Shown: positions 11,221 through 23,890 of the stretch, in pieces | Numbering within the stretch: the first letter of the stretch is position 1 | How the letters are laid out: each line of letters opens with the position of its first letter | Assembly (NCBI GenBank): GCA_032718475.1 | Contig: JAUCBJ010008665.1 | Span: 1-64,000, forward strand | Origin: Nemertoderma westbladi | Taxonomy: Eukaryota > Animalia > Xenacoelomorpha | Reading direction: 5' to 3' | DNA length: 64,000 nt | The notes under the pieces: model-generated | Databases searched by the model: none | What the model saw: only the letters and a program-made list of their open reading frames with translations | What the model was told of the DNA's origin: nothing | Made by a program: the position numbers and the translations under genes

Positions 11221-13534
11221 TAAATCGGATAACGATATGCGTTATCAAAAGGTAAATTAAATACAATAATTACGGACTAATTCAGCAATGAACAAAGAAA
11301 TCATACGGAATGCATAAATACTTGAGACAGTGGAACCCACAATAATTTTAACTAATACGGTAATGCCTAACTTATTTATGCAACTTTTCGAACTCACCCA
11401 CTCCAATAATTCTCCAGAAAAACAGATTCCCAGATACAAACCGAACGTGAACCTTTCCGTTTCCAGCGTTGCGGACGAAACGCGATTTTCTCAACCAAAG
11501 TTGTTGAGTTATCTATCTCCCAAACTTGCTAAACACGGTCTTGCTCCCGTTACAGTCTAGAAATGAGTTCTGAATCCTGAAAAACAAAAGAGTTAGGTTT
11601 TACTTTACGAAAAATTTTGTACCGGTACAATATGGTATTTAAACCCTTTTAAACACCGGTATTCAATTCCAAAATATTTTACACGCGGTTCAAATCAAAT
11701 TTTATTTCAAAAAATTAGCACTTAGCTAATCAAATATAAATTTTTACCTCAAAATACAGAATTTTCAAATAACTTTAGTCCTACCGAACCGTAGTTCAGT
11801 AAAACATATTCCTACTAATTTAGGAAATATGTTAAAATAATCATATTCCTACTAATTGAAGAGACAGCAACAATACCTGCAATATCCTACTGTAAAGTTT
11901 GTGAATCAAATCATAAATCCGACCTTCTCACCAAAACAGTAAACTCTAAGTAAGCGAATATATTGCAGTATCGATCTCTTATAACCGGTGAGGCAGAAAA
12001 CAGTCTACGAGCAGACAAACTTCGATAAAACAAAATCCCGCGCAGCGAATCCTAAAATCAGGCTGACTCACTGACGGACTAAGGGGCTCGTATACTTTGC
12101 CGCGGTGTGATTTATATGGTTGGGCAAAGGGACGCTAGCTAGGTACAGGCAGAGATTTGGAGATGTCTAACTAGCGAGCAAAGTGCAGTAAGGACGAAAG
12201 TTAATTTTATATATTTTGAGGTGTAAATAATTTCTAACGCGCGTGTGTTAATTCTGAACGGTCAAAAGCAGTTTTGCTCCTTCACATATATAATTACTGG
12301 GTACGGTGTGCATTTTACGAATATTCTAATTTTATAACTTGTAGGTCCAATACTCACGAATGATAAGGTTCCTTCCCCTCTTGCGTATTTCCAGGACTCA
12401 AATTCAGGCATAGGGTTAATGCTACGCCCAGAATTCGGCAATTTTAGGTACCAGGTCCCTGATACTAAGAAGAGATGTGTTAGTTTACTACTGTAGGCGT
12501 ACAGTTACTAATAGCTATCCTGGCTCCTATCTAGAATTTTAGTCACCCAGGTAGTCCGGGTAACTTCCTATCAGGGCGTTGGCGGGGACACGGTAGATGT
12601 TAGTATCCCTAATAGCCTCAATTTATTTGCGCCTAGTGTAAACTGCCCTACCGCCTGAACGGTACAATCCTAATTCAGGTGAAAACACAATAACCCTCCT
12701 AGCCTACAAGTTCTGATGTAATGGACACCGTTGTACGGCAAATAGTCACAGACGCACCTGTACTTAGCAAGAGTTAAGCGTACAGTTTGCTGCACCCTAA
12801 CCAATGTGTATGCCTTGTACCGGTGTGCCTACGTCCTATCTGCGTACTAGTATCTGCCTGCGCTCTCTCCCTCCCCCGTAGGAATATGAAGGTCTACTGC
12901 GGTTTTTCCTGAATCAAGACAGTACAGTCCCTATGATGTAATTTTAGGCTTACAGCGTGTCACTACGTCTACCTTTTGATCTTTTGGTCTTATACTTAGG
13001 TAGCAAGGATCGAACGCTGTCTAACCTTTCAGGCGATGGGCGAATAACTCTAGATGGTATTGCGGGTTGTCTCTCGTCTACATTCCCCCGATGTTCCCGT
13101 TCATTGCTGCGGCCCGATCTCTAGCCTGCCATCCTGTCCCTTAGTTGGGTTCACCGTGGTGAATCATAGTAAAACAGATAGGAAAAGCAGATTAGCGATA
13201 ATTCTGACTTTATTACAGAAGATATAATTATAATACAATGTAATCTGAAAACTAATGACAGAATAAACAAATATCAGATAACTGAATAACTGAGAGAATA
13301 ATAACTAATGAACAAATCGCACCTTTTTATAGCAAATTTGTGCTGCAATCAATCGAGAAAATTCTCGATTGTTCTATAGGTTCTAACAGGGTTTTAAAGA
13401 TAGCTATTGGTCCAGCTAATATATAACTTGCACGACATTGGTTACAATCAAATAACTACAGTCTCATTGGCACAGACAAATGCAATTAATTTGTAGCGGT
13501 TAATTTAAATGAGTTGAAATTCTGCACAAAAAAT

Positions 13535-13614
13535 AATTCGCACTTACTAGGATTCGAACTCAATACCTACTACACATATAATTTCCAACGCTCTACCGAC
13601 TGAGCTACTGAACC
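13535..13614 (-). pseudogene. tRNA-derived Pol III-like sequence (tRNA pseudogene or SINE head)
   Basis: Minus strand reads GGTTCAGTAGCTCAGTCGGTAGAGCG (A box/D arm) ... GAGTTCGAATCC (B box), then a T run. The acceptor and anticodon stems do not pair, so it is not a functional tRNA. Confidence 0.65.
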
Positions 13615-14225
13615 ACTTGACCGATGGGTGTACAAATGATAGAACCAATACGAATGAGAACTCAAAGCAATCTTTACAAAGTTAATCCGAATAAAATAAA
13701 ATTTTGAAAATCCACGGCATTTAGGGAATATAATTCTATAGAGCCGCTTAACAACATATTGGATATTGGGTTCCGTTTTGGATTTCTCCTTACAGAAACT
13801 GAAGTTGCAATAACTTTGAGAGTGTGAATGGATTTTGATAAATTACGTCAAACATTTTCTACTTCGATGCTCTTTCAACACATTTAATAAAATTTAAGAA
13901 ATTCCACCAAAAATATTTATTTTACTTTTTTCGCCGGGAAAAAAGTAAAATCCGTCAAAAATCAATTAATACTATCCTATGGGTTACATTTTTCACCAAG
14001 GGAAAAAGTGCTCCCGATTTTAAGGTTTATTCGAGGCTTATTCCTATATCACAAATCTATCAGCAATACTCCATCATTTAAATAAATATAACATTACGAC
14101 TTGGAAAGCTGAGCTATGAACATTTTTTATCTATTGCTTAAGTAGGGCCTATATACTATACATATTTTATTTTATAATTAGACTTTAAGTTATTTATATA
14201 CAATGGAGTTAATTGATCTTATTAG

Positions 14226-14386
14226 ATTCTACAAACCGCATCTGTAAACCAATTCCTGATGAAGACTCCCAACTCCCTCGGCTATCTCAGTTACTTACGG
14301 GTTTGGCACGACAATAGTGGGCACGGGGGTAGCGCTTCTTGGTTTCTCGAGAAAATTATTGTGGAGGATTTACAGACGAAGACCAG
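14226..14386 (+). CDS. Polycystin-1 family (PKD1-like) gene, exon encoding part of the PLAT/LH2 domain
   Basis: ag|ILQTASVNQFLMKTPNSLGYLSYLRVWHDNSGHGGSASWFLEKIIVEDLQTKT|gt. The RVWHDNSG..SWFL..I.V.DLQT pattern is typical of PKD1-family PLAT domains. The exon ends in phase 2. Confidence 0.9.
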
Positions 14387-14504
14387 GTCGGTATAGTGAG
14401 TTAATGTGTTTGTACAAAACTTCCTTCTCAGGTCGTCATGGGTCTTTGTTTTAACCAAAATTAAAGTTTGTAGTTTATCAATAACTTTATTATCTAACTT
14501 ACGG

Positions 14505-17155
14505 TGTATTATTTTATTATTTAGGTATTACTTTATTATCTATATATTGTTTTATTATATATTTATTATTTTATTATTTAGGTATTACTTTATTATCTAT
14601 GTATTGTTTTATTATATATTTATGATTTTATTATTTAGGTTTTACTTTATTATCTATATATTGTTTTATTATATATTTATTATTTTATTATTTAGGTATT
14701 ACTTTATTATCTATATATTGTTTTATTATATATTTATTATTTTATTATTTAGGTATTACTTTATTATCTATGTATTGTTATATTTTATATTTATTATTTT
14801 ATTATTTAGGTATTACTTTATTATCTATATATTGTTTTATTATATATTTATGATTATATTATTTAGGTATTACTTTATTATCTATGTATTGTTTTATTAT
14901 ATATTTATGATTTTATTATTTAGGTATTACTTTATTATCTATGTATTGTTTTATTATATATTTATTATTTTATTATTTAGGTATTACTTTATTATCTATA
15001 TATTGTTTTATTATATATTTATTATTTTATTATTTAGGTATTACTTTATTATCTATATATTGTTTTATTATATATTTATTATTTTATTATTTAGGTATTA
15101 CTTTATTATCTATATATTGTTTTATTATATATTTATTATTTTATTATTTAGGTATTACTTTATTATCTATATATTGTTTTATTATATATTTATTATTTTA
15201 TTATTTAGGTATTACTTTATTATCTATGTATTGTTATATTATATATTTATTATTTTATTATTTAGGTATTACTTTATTATCTATATATTGTTTTATTATA
15301 TATTTATGATTTTATTATTTAGGTATTACTTTATTATCTATGTATTGTTTTATTATATATTTATTATTTTATTATTTAGGTATTACTTTATTATCTATAT
15401 ATTGTTTTATTATATATTTATTATTTTATTATTTAGGTATTACTTTATTATCTATATATTGTTTTATTATATATTTATTATTTTATTATTTAGGTATTAC
15501 TTTATTATCTATGTATTGTTTTATTATATATTTATGATTTTATTATTTAGGTATTACTTTATTATCTATATATTGTTTTATTATATATTTATGATTTTAT
15601 TATTTAGGTATTACTTTATTATCTATATATTGTTTTATTATATATTTATTATTTTATTATTTAGGTATTACTTTATTATCTATGTATTGTTATATTATAT
15701 ATTTATTATTTTATTATTTAGGTATTACTTTATTATCTATATATTGTTTTATTATATATTTATGATTATATTATTTAGGTATTACTTTATTATCTATGTA
15801 TTGTTTTATTATATATTTATGATTTTATTATTTAGGTATTACTTTATTATCTATGTATTGTTTTATTATATATTTATTATTTTATTATTTAGGTATTACT
15901 TTATTATCTATATATTGTTTTATTATATATTTATTATTTTATTATTTAGGTATTACTTTATTATCTATATATTGTTTTATTATATATTTATTATTTTATT
16001 ATTTAGGTATTACTTTATTATCTATGTATTGTTTTATTATATATTTATGATTTTATTATTTAGGTATTACTTTATTATCTATATATTGTTTTATTATATA
16101 TTTATTATTTTATTATTTAGGTATTACTTTATTATCTATATATTGTTTTATTATATATTTATTATTTTATTATTTAGGTATTACTTTATTATCTATGTAT
16201 TGTTATATTATATATTTATTATTTTATTATTTAGGTATTACTTTATTATCTATATATTGTTTTATTATATATTTATGATTATATTATTTAGGTATTACTT
16301 TATTATCTATGTATTGTTTTATTATATATTTATGATTTTATTATTTAGGTATTACTTTATTATCTATGTATTGTTTTATTATATATTTATTATTTTATTA
16401 TTTAGGTATTACTTTATTATCTATATATTGTTTTATTATATATTTATTATTTTATTATTTAGGTATTACTTTATTATCTATATATTGTTTTATTATATAT
16501 TTATTATTTTATTATTTAGGTATTACTTTATTATCTATGTATTGTTTTATTATATATTTATGATTTTATTATTTAGGTATTACTTTATTATCTATATATT
16601 GTTTTATTATATATTTATTATTTTATTATTTAGGTATTACTTTATTATCTATATATTGTTTTATTATATATTTATTATTTTATTATTTAGGTATTACTTT
16701 ATTATCTATATATTGTTTTATTATATATTTATTATTTTATTATTTAGGTATTACTTTATTATCTATATATTGTTTTATTATATATTTATTATTTTATTAT
16801 TTAGGTATTACTTTATTATCTATGTATTGTTATATTATATATTTATTATTTTATTATTTAGGTATTACTTTATTATCTATATATTGTTTTATTATATATT
16901 TATGATTTTATTATTTAGGTATTACTTTATTATCTATGTATTGTTTTATTATATATTTATTATTTTATTATTTAGGTATTACTTTATTATCTATATATTG
17001 TTTTATTATATATTTATTATTTTATTATTTAGGTATTACTTTATTATCTATATATTGTTTTATTATATATTTATTATTTTATTATTTAGGTATTACTTTA
17101 TTATCTATATATTGTTTTATTATATATTTATTATTTTATTATTTAGGTATTACTT
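14505..17155 (+). repeat. 57-bp AT-rich intronic tandem array; each unit contains the splice acceptor and the first 9 nt of the next exon
   Basis: Unit GTATTACTTTATTATCTATATATTGTTTTATTATATATTTATTATTTTATTATTTAG. First AG|G at 14524/14525 and last at 17146/17147, which is exactly 46 x 57. Confidence 0.97.
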
Positions 17156-17267
17156 CCTCTGTAACAATTGGTTGGCTGTAGAACGCGGGGACGGCCGTAT
17201 TGACCGAACTATTAGCGTCGCCAACAATTCCGATAAACTCGAATTCCGAAACTTATTTAATTCTTCT
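17147..17267 (+). CDS. PKD1-like exon (end of PLAT domain)
   Basis: ag|(R)YYFLCNNWLAVERGDGRIDRTISVANNSDKLEFRNLFNSS|gt. It has the F.C..WLAV..GDG motif, and its phase matches the preceding exon. Confidence 0.9.
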
Positions 17268-17399
17268 GTTAGTTTCATCTGTTTTGTTATTATTATTAAT
17301 TATAGTTTGTATAGATGAACTACTATTAATCTATTTATTTTATGGATGAACCACTACCTCTATATATTTTATAGATGAACCAATCTATTTATTTTATAG

Positions 17400-17582
17400 A
17401 TGAACCACGACCTATCCGATGGACATCTATTTATCTCTGTGGCTGCCCGCCCCACTCGGAGTAACTTCACCCGCATTCAACGTCTCACTGCTTGCTTTGC
17501 TCTTCTCTCCCTCAACATGATCACCAGCGCTATGTTTTTCGGGAAAGGGGAAGAATTGGAGGGATCTTCGCCACTTGTTGAG
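17400..17582 (+). CDS. PKD1-like exon (post-PLAT loop and TM segment)
   Basis: MNHDLSDGHLFISVAARPTRSNFTRIQRLTACFALLSLNMITSAMFF matches the PKD1-family D.H.W.S...RP..S.FTR.QR motif. Flanked by ttttatag and gtgaga. Confidence 0.92.
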
Positions 17583-19080
17583 GTGAGAATTCAGAGTTCA
17601 AGTAAACGTTATTTATATTTTAATATTTAATTCAATGTAAAATAAAGTTGTTTCATTAGGATATTCGTCTCAATGTGATAACATTTATGATGTGAGAATA
17701 CTATGAGGTTGATCAAGAAAACAACCTACAGTACCTTTGCAAATAAATATTTCAAAGAATTAGAGGTTGAAGTGAAAATAGTTGACTTAGGTTAATAAAT
17801 TCAAATTTTATTTTTTACTATTTTCCAGACTGCAATTTTATCTTTCCGAATCTGAAAACAAATTTTCATTGCCCTAATACTTTTTAGAATAATTCATTTT
17901 TCGTAGACTTCATTAATTGTGTTTTTCTTGTCGGTGATCCTGTTTCTGATGACTGCAAGTAAACAACGGGATTAGACTGTATGTATGTCAGTTTGTCTGT
18001 CAGTCGGTCATTTCGAAAAAATTTCAGAAAGCACACTACCTATCTAAAATGCAGACATTCAATGCAATATCATTCACACAGACACAACGCACACAATTTC
18101 AAAAACGAATATTTGAAATAAATTCAACGAGATGAAAACATTTATAGCAACAATTTTAGCTAGGTTGTGGGTTTTTATAAATATTGATGAACATCTGAGA
18201 GACGGGCAGAATGTAAACGGATTGTGACATCAGTTGAACGGACAAACAGTATAGATTCTGTCAAACGTAAGACAAACATCATAAATGGAATACCAGACCA
18301 GGAAAACTCCATAACGAAAATTTCAGTTATGGAGTGTTTATATATTATTTGACTGACAGACATACTGATAGACTGAGTGATAGACTACCTATAAAAAGTT
18401 TATAAAATCATGAAAACTGACATTAATTGGAATTGAAAGCACGCAAGGAAAGCCCCACATAGCGGAAAAAATAGTTTCCTTTTAATTTTGTTTTTATTTT
18501 ATAACTATCATTTTAAACAATTTTGGCTAGTATTTCTTGGAGAATGTTATGTAATATGATTCTGTTATGTAATACTGCATGATTTTTCTGAAGTACTGTA
18601 GGACATACTGTATATTTGAAATGTCCTAGATCAAACAATATTATTGTTGTAAAGCATAATTTTTGGAAGAATTTAACTAAAAAATTTAAATTTTGTTCGA
18701 GGATGCCTTTTTTTAAATAGCTTCTTTGAATTATTCCATCTAAAAGGTTTCTTATAATATAATCTCTGCTGTATGCCCCATCTGGGTGGGATATAGTTGT
18801 ACTGTAGCTTATATGATCAGGGAAACTTATGGACGTTGAATTTGAAACTATCGAAATTTATTGTTACGGTTGTGATAAAGTAATAGAGTGCTCAGTCCAA
18901 TTTACTCGAATTTCAGATTAAAAATAAATAATTCTATTTTATTATTTTTGCAATTTCTCGCAGATTTTACATTGAAGTTGAATTTTTTCAAATCTTATGG
19001 ATTTAATTAAATATCTCTAACGTGATTTCACTTATGTCGTCATTTTTAGTCTCTTTTTTTGTGTCATATAAATACAGTTC

Positions 19081-19413
19081 GTGGGGCCTTCGCGCAGCAC
19101 TTAGTGAGCAAAGCCTTTAGCATATGGGCACCATTAGCGAGTTGTCTGCCGTTAGTCAGAAGTCTTCAACACAATACTCGTCCTCCTCCTGTGCATAGTT
19201 GCGTTCGTTCGTTTTTCACCAAACTTCAGATTCTTTCTAAACTTTTGACTGACTACATACGTACCAAGTTTCGTTTAATTTCATCAAGGAATAACCGAGT
19301 TATTAGCGATCAAAAATTTACGATGACAGACGACGACAGACGACGACGACGACAGACAACTCGCCAATGGCACCCATATGCTAAGGTTTCGCTCACTTCG
19401 TGGCTCGCCCCAC
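19081..19413 (+). mobile_element. Short non-autonomous element (HINE/DINE-like or MITE) in an intron
   Basis: GTGGGGC...GCCCCAC ends, an internal TACCAAGTTTC motif and a (GAC/GACA)n microsatellite. The class is inferred only. Confidence 0.35.
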
Positions 19414-19438
19414 ATGCCTGCGATGTTTGTTTTTATAG

Positions 19439-19597
19439 ATTGGACCAATCAGACTGAGCCTACTCTCTATACAGATATCTATTCAATCTTGTGTTATCTC
19501 ATTTATACCAACTCTTCTTATTGTTGAGCTGTTCAGAAAAGCTGCACCTAAAGACTATAACAGAAGAGAAGGAGAATACACTGCGTGTACTGATAAT
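19439..19597 (+). CDS. PKD1-like exon (TM segment)
   Basis: ag|IGPIRLSLLSIQISIQSCVISFIPTLLIVELFRKAAPK...|gtgagt, resembling the PKD1L GP...P..LLIV..FR segment. In phase. Confidence 0.85.
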
Positions 19598-20078
19598 GTG
19601 AGTCGATGTAATCATTACTGTATCATAGCATTGATAACACATACTGACTGACTGACTGACCAGTGAATGACTGATTCCTCTGATTGGGTCAATACTCTTT
19701 GCACCAAAGCGAAAGTGGGGCCACTGAAGTATGTATAGTTAGTGTCTTTCAACATTTTTGTTTAGTTTTGCAGTACCATTTTAATATTGTTGTCCATCCA
19801 GTGCTTCTTTGATTTATCCTATTCATATTATATTTTTTTTTATTTTAATGTACAATTACTACTAATAACTATTACTGTACTTACTGTAGTAATCTTAGTA
19901 TTTTAGTATTTTTAATGTGCTGAAGGATGATTAGCGGAAATCAACTTCAAGATTACCTTTAAGTTGATTTCAAAGTCAATCTCAAAATTTTTAGAAATAC
20001 GCTGCCCACTTAACTAATTTTGTATTATGTTGCGATGTATACTGTAGGTGAGTAATAGATTGATTTTCGTTGTTTTAG

Positions 20079-20248
20079 AATATTCATGAGGTACCTATGA
20101 AGCCTGTTGGATGTTACCGCCGTTTTGTTGCTAAGTTCTGTTCCCCTGGAAACGGGAACAGATACTGGCCCCATTGGGTGATCTACATAGCTTACGGGTT
20201 GTCTCTGGTATCTATAGTCGCTTCCCTTGGTTTCACTGTTCTATACAG
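20079..20248 (+). CDS. PKD1-like exon (TM segment)
   Basis: ag|NIHEV...RYWPHWVIYIAYGLSLVSIVASLGFTVLY|gt, resembling the P.W..Y.....L.......S..FT.LY segment. Later exons were not found in the window. Confidence 0.85.
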
Positions 20249-21554
20249 GTTGGTCTACTGGCACGGTGCGCCTTCTGGCGTGTTCGCTCCAATCATACTT
20301 AGCATTGTGGATTTCCAAATTGGGTTAAAGCTACCAGAATGCATGATAAGCTGCTTAGTTTTTGAGGAATTAAAGGTTGGAATAATCCAAACCATTGCAG
20401 CTTCTCTAGCAAAAGGAACTTTAAACACTTTAAACACAATCCAATTAGTAAACAATTCAGAGAATTATTGAACACATAGAGATACAGTAAGTAAATATGG
20501 GAAGCAAACAAAGAAACATACACGTAGAAAATATATCTGGTAAACAACAAAACCAAAAAGAAGAAAAAAAAAACAATCTAAATACAGTAAAGAGTACTTG
20601 GTATTATACTTCGAACGAAGGATGCAACATAATACAAATGAATAGTAATATATGCCTGATATAGGAGCTACTGTAATTCTGTTCAATCAAAGTGTGTATT
20701 TCGTATACAGCTTAGGTTGATCGTTGCAAGCCATGAGACCACAAACAGTGGAACAGTCCAGATCCCCATCTCGGGAGATACACGGGTATATGGTCTAATT
20801 AATAATTATTAGCTAAAAATCGGAAATTAAACGATAGGCCCTATACCAAATATTATTACCACCACCTACACCAACAGGCATTGTCTTCTGAATAATTTTT
20901 ACCAGTTCCAACTGCTCTTAATTTTTTTAAATATTTCCCCCAGATTTCTCGTCAACCCTTTGTTTGATTTATTTGTTATACATTTCTTAGCTTCTTTGCA
21001 GTCACTCATGTGGCATCCTTTGATCTTGAAGCAATCCTCCTCGCATCCGACACACTGTGTGAAAGCAATGGTTATTAAATTAAATTATTGTTAAAAAAAC
21101 CGATCATAAAATTAATAAAGAATATTATGTATTGGCGACAGTTTTTGGGCGGGTTTGGTGCTAAGAAGATCAACTCTTCTCGCTAGGTGGTATTATTTCT
21201 TAGAAGAACACTGGTCTTTGTACTCCTTACCCATTTGTGTGTCATGTATGGAGATTTGTTAGAAAATTAAATGTCGCGAACATAGTTCTAATTTTGGGGG
21301 AACTTTGATCCAATTTGGGGGGAACTTTCATCAATTATGATGATAAATTTTTTCTATTAACTCCTCACCCCACTGCCTTGAAGTCGCCATGTTGCAAAAC
21401 CTATTTCAATTTAATTTTATTGTAATGGGGAACTGATTGTTATTAAACGCATAAATACGCATCTTATGGTTCCTGTAAGTAAACTATATATTGTATTAGT
21501 AGGTATTAATATATGTTTAATATGTATATGTATTAGTATATTAATATATTTTCG

Positions 21555-23890
21555 TTCACCACAAAGGGTGATCTTTCACAGTAAACCCTTCCACTCTGTT
21601 TCCCAAATGAATGCCTGTTCACCACCATGGGTGATCGTCAACAGTAAAGCCTTCCACTCTGTTTCCTAAAGGAATGCCTGTTCACCACCGTGGGTGAACT
21701 TCCACAGTAAACCCTTCCCACTCTGTTTCCTAAAGGAATGCCTATTCACCACAATGGTGATCTTCCACAGTAAACCCTTCCAGTCTGTTACCTAAAGGAA
21801 TGCCTGTTCACCACCATGGGTGATCGTCAACAGTAAACCCTCCCCCTATGTTTCCTAAAGGAATGCCTGTTCACCACCGTGGGTGATCTTCCACAGTAAA
21901 CCCTTCCACTCTGTTTCCTAAAGGAATGGCTGTTCACCACCGTGGGTGATCTTCCACAGTAAACCCTTCCACTCTGTTTCCTAAAGGAATGGCTGTTCAC
22001 CACCGTGGGTGATCTTCCACAGTAAACCCTTCCACTCTGTTTCCTAAAGGAATGCCTGTTCACCGCCACGGGCAATCTTCCACAGTAAACCCTTCCACTC
22101 TGTTTCCTAAAGGAATGCCTGTTCACCGCCACGGGCAATCTTCCACATTAAACCCTTCCACTCTGTTTCCTAAAGGAATGCCTGTTCACCGCCACGGGCA
22201 ATCTTCCACATTGAACCCTTCCACTCTGTTTCCTAAAGGAATGCCTGTTCACCGCCACGGGCAATCTTCCACAATTTACCCTTCCACTCTGTTTCCTAAA
22301 GGAATGGCTGTTCACCGCCAAGGGCGATCTTCCACATTAAACCCTTCCACTCTGTTTCCTATAGGAATGCCTGTTCACCACCATGGGTGATCTTCCACAG
22401 TAAACCCTTCCCCTCTGTTTCCTAAAGGAATGCCTGTTCAACACCATGGGTGATCTTCCACATTAAACCCTTCCACTTTGTTTCCTAAAGGAATGCATAT
22501 TCACCACAATGGGTGATCATCCACAGTAAACCCTTCCACTCTGTTTCCTAAAGGAATGCCTGTTCACCACAATGGGCGATCATCCACAGTAAACCCTTCC
22601 ACTCAGTTCCCTAAAGGAATGCCTGTTCACCACCATGGGTGATCTTCCACAGTAAACCCTTCCCCTCTGTTTCCTAAAGGAATGCCTGTTCAACACCATG
22701 GGTGATCTTCCACATTAAACCCTTCCACTTTGTTTCCTAAAGGAATGCATATTCACCACAATGGGTGATCATCCACAGTAAACCCTTCCACTTTGTTTCC
22801 TAAAGGAATGCATATTCACCACAATGGGTGATCATCCACAGTAAACCCTTCCACTCAGTTCCCTAAAGGAATGCCTGTTCACCATCATGGGTGATCTCCC
22901 ACAGTAAACCCTTCCACTCTGTTTCCTAAAGGAATGCCTGTTCACCACAATGGGCGATCATCCACAGTAAACCCTTCCACTCTGTTTCCTAAAGGAATGC
23001 CTGTTCATCACCATGGTTGATCTTCAACAGTAAACCCTTCCACTCTGTTTCCTAAAGGAATGCATATTCACCACAATGGGTGATCTTCCACATTAAACCC
23101 TTCCACTTTGTTTCCTAAAGGAATGCCTGTTCACCACAATGGGCGATCATCCACAGTAAACCCTTCCACTCTGTTTCCTAAAGGAATGCCTGTTCATCAC
23201 CATGGTTGATCTTCAACAGTAAACCCTTCCACTCTGTATCCTAAAGGAATGCTTGTTAACCACCATTGGTGATCTTCCACAGTAAACCCTTCCACTCTGT
23301 TTCCTAAAGTAATGTCTGTTCACCACCATGGTTGATCTTCCACATTAAACCCTACCACTCTGTTTCCTAAAGGAATGCCTGTTCATCACTATGGTTGATC
23401 TTCAACAGTAAACCCTTCCACACTGTTTCCTAAAGGAATGCTTGTTCACCACCATGGGTGATCTTCCACAGTAAACCCTTCCACTCTGTTTCCTAAAGGA
23501 ATGCCTGTTCACCACCATGGATGATCTTCCACAGTAAACCAACCCTTCCACTCTGTTTCCTAAAGGAATGCCTGTTCACCACCATGGATGATTTTCCACA
23601 GTAATCCCTTCCACTCTGTTTCTTAAAGGAATGCCTGTTCACCATCATGGGTGATCTTCCACAGTAAACTCTTCCACTATGTTTCCTAAAGGAATGCCTG
23701 TTCACCATCATGGGTGATCTTCCACAGTAAACTCTTCCACTATGTTTCCTAAAGGAATGCCTGTTCACCACCATGGGTGATCTTCCACAGTAAACTCTTC
23801 CACTATGTTTCCTAAAGGAATGCCTGTTCACCACCATGCATGATCTTCCACAGTAAACCAACCCTTCCACTCTGTTTCCTAAAGTAATGC
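21555..23890. repeat. 63-bp minisatellite, about 37 copies
   Basis: Unit GTTCACCACCATGGGTGATCTTCCACAGTAAACCCTTCCACTCTGTTTCCTAAAGGAATGCCT; overlapping ORFs show 21-aa periodicity. Confidence 0.96.

Noticed and set aside
11920-11940. TGGTGAGAAGG on - as the PBS of the first BEL element
   Set aside because: It is not preceded by a CA LTR end and does not match a tRNA 3' end that I recognise.
13535-13614. Functional tRNA gene
   Set aside because: A and B boxes are present, but the acceptor, anticodon and T stems do not pair.
14406-17318. 970-aa hydrophobic ORF as a standalone membrane protein gene
   Set aside because: It is a translation of the 57-bp satellite and starts at GTG within an intron. 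Only its end is a real PKD1-like exon.
21555-23890. Hammerhead-ribozyme satellite, or coding ORFs in the 63-bp array
   Set aside because: There is no CTGANGA core on either strand, and the ORFs are repeat translations with frequent stops.
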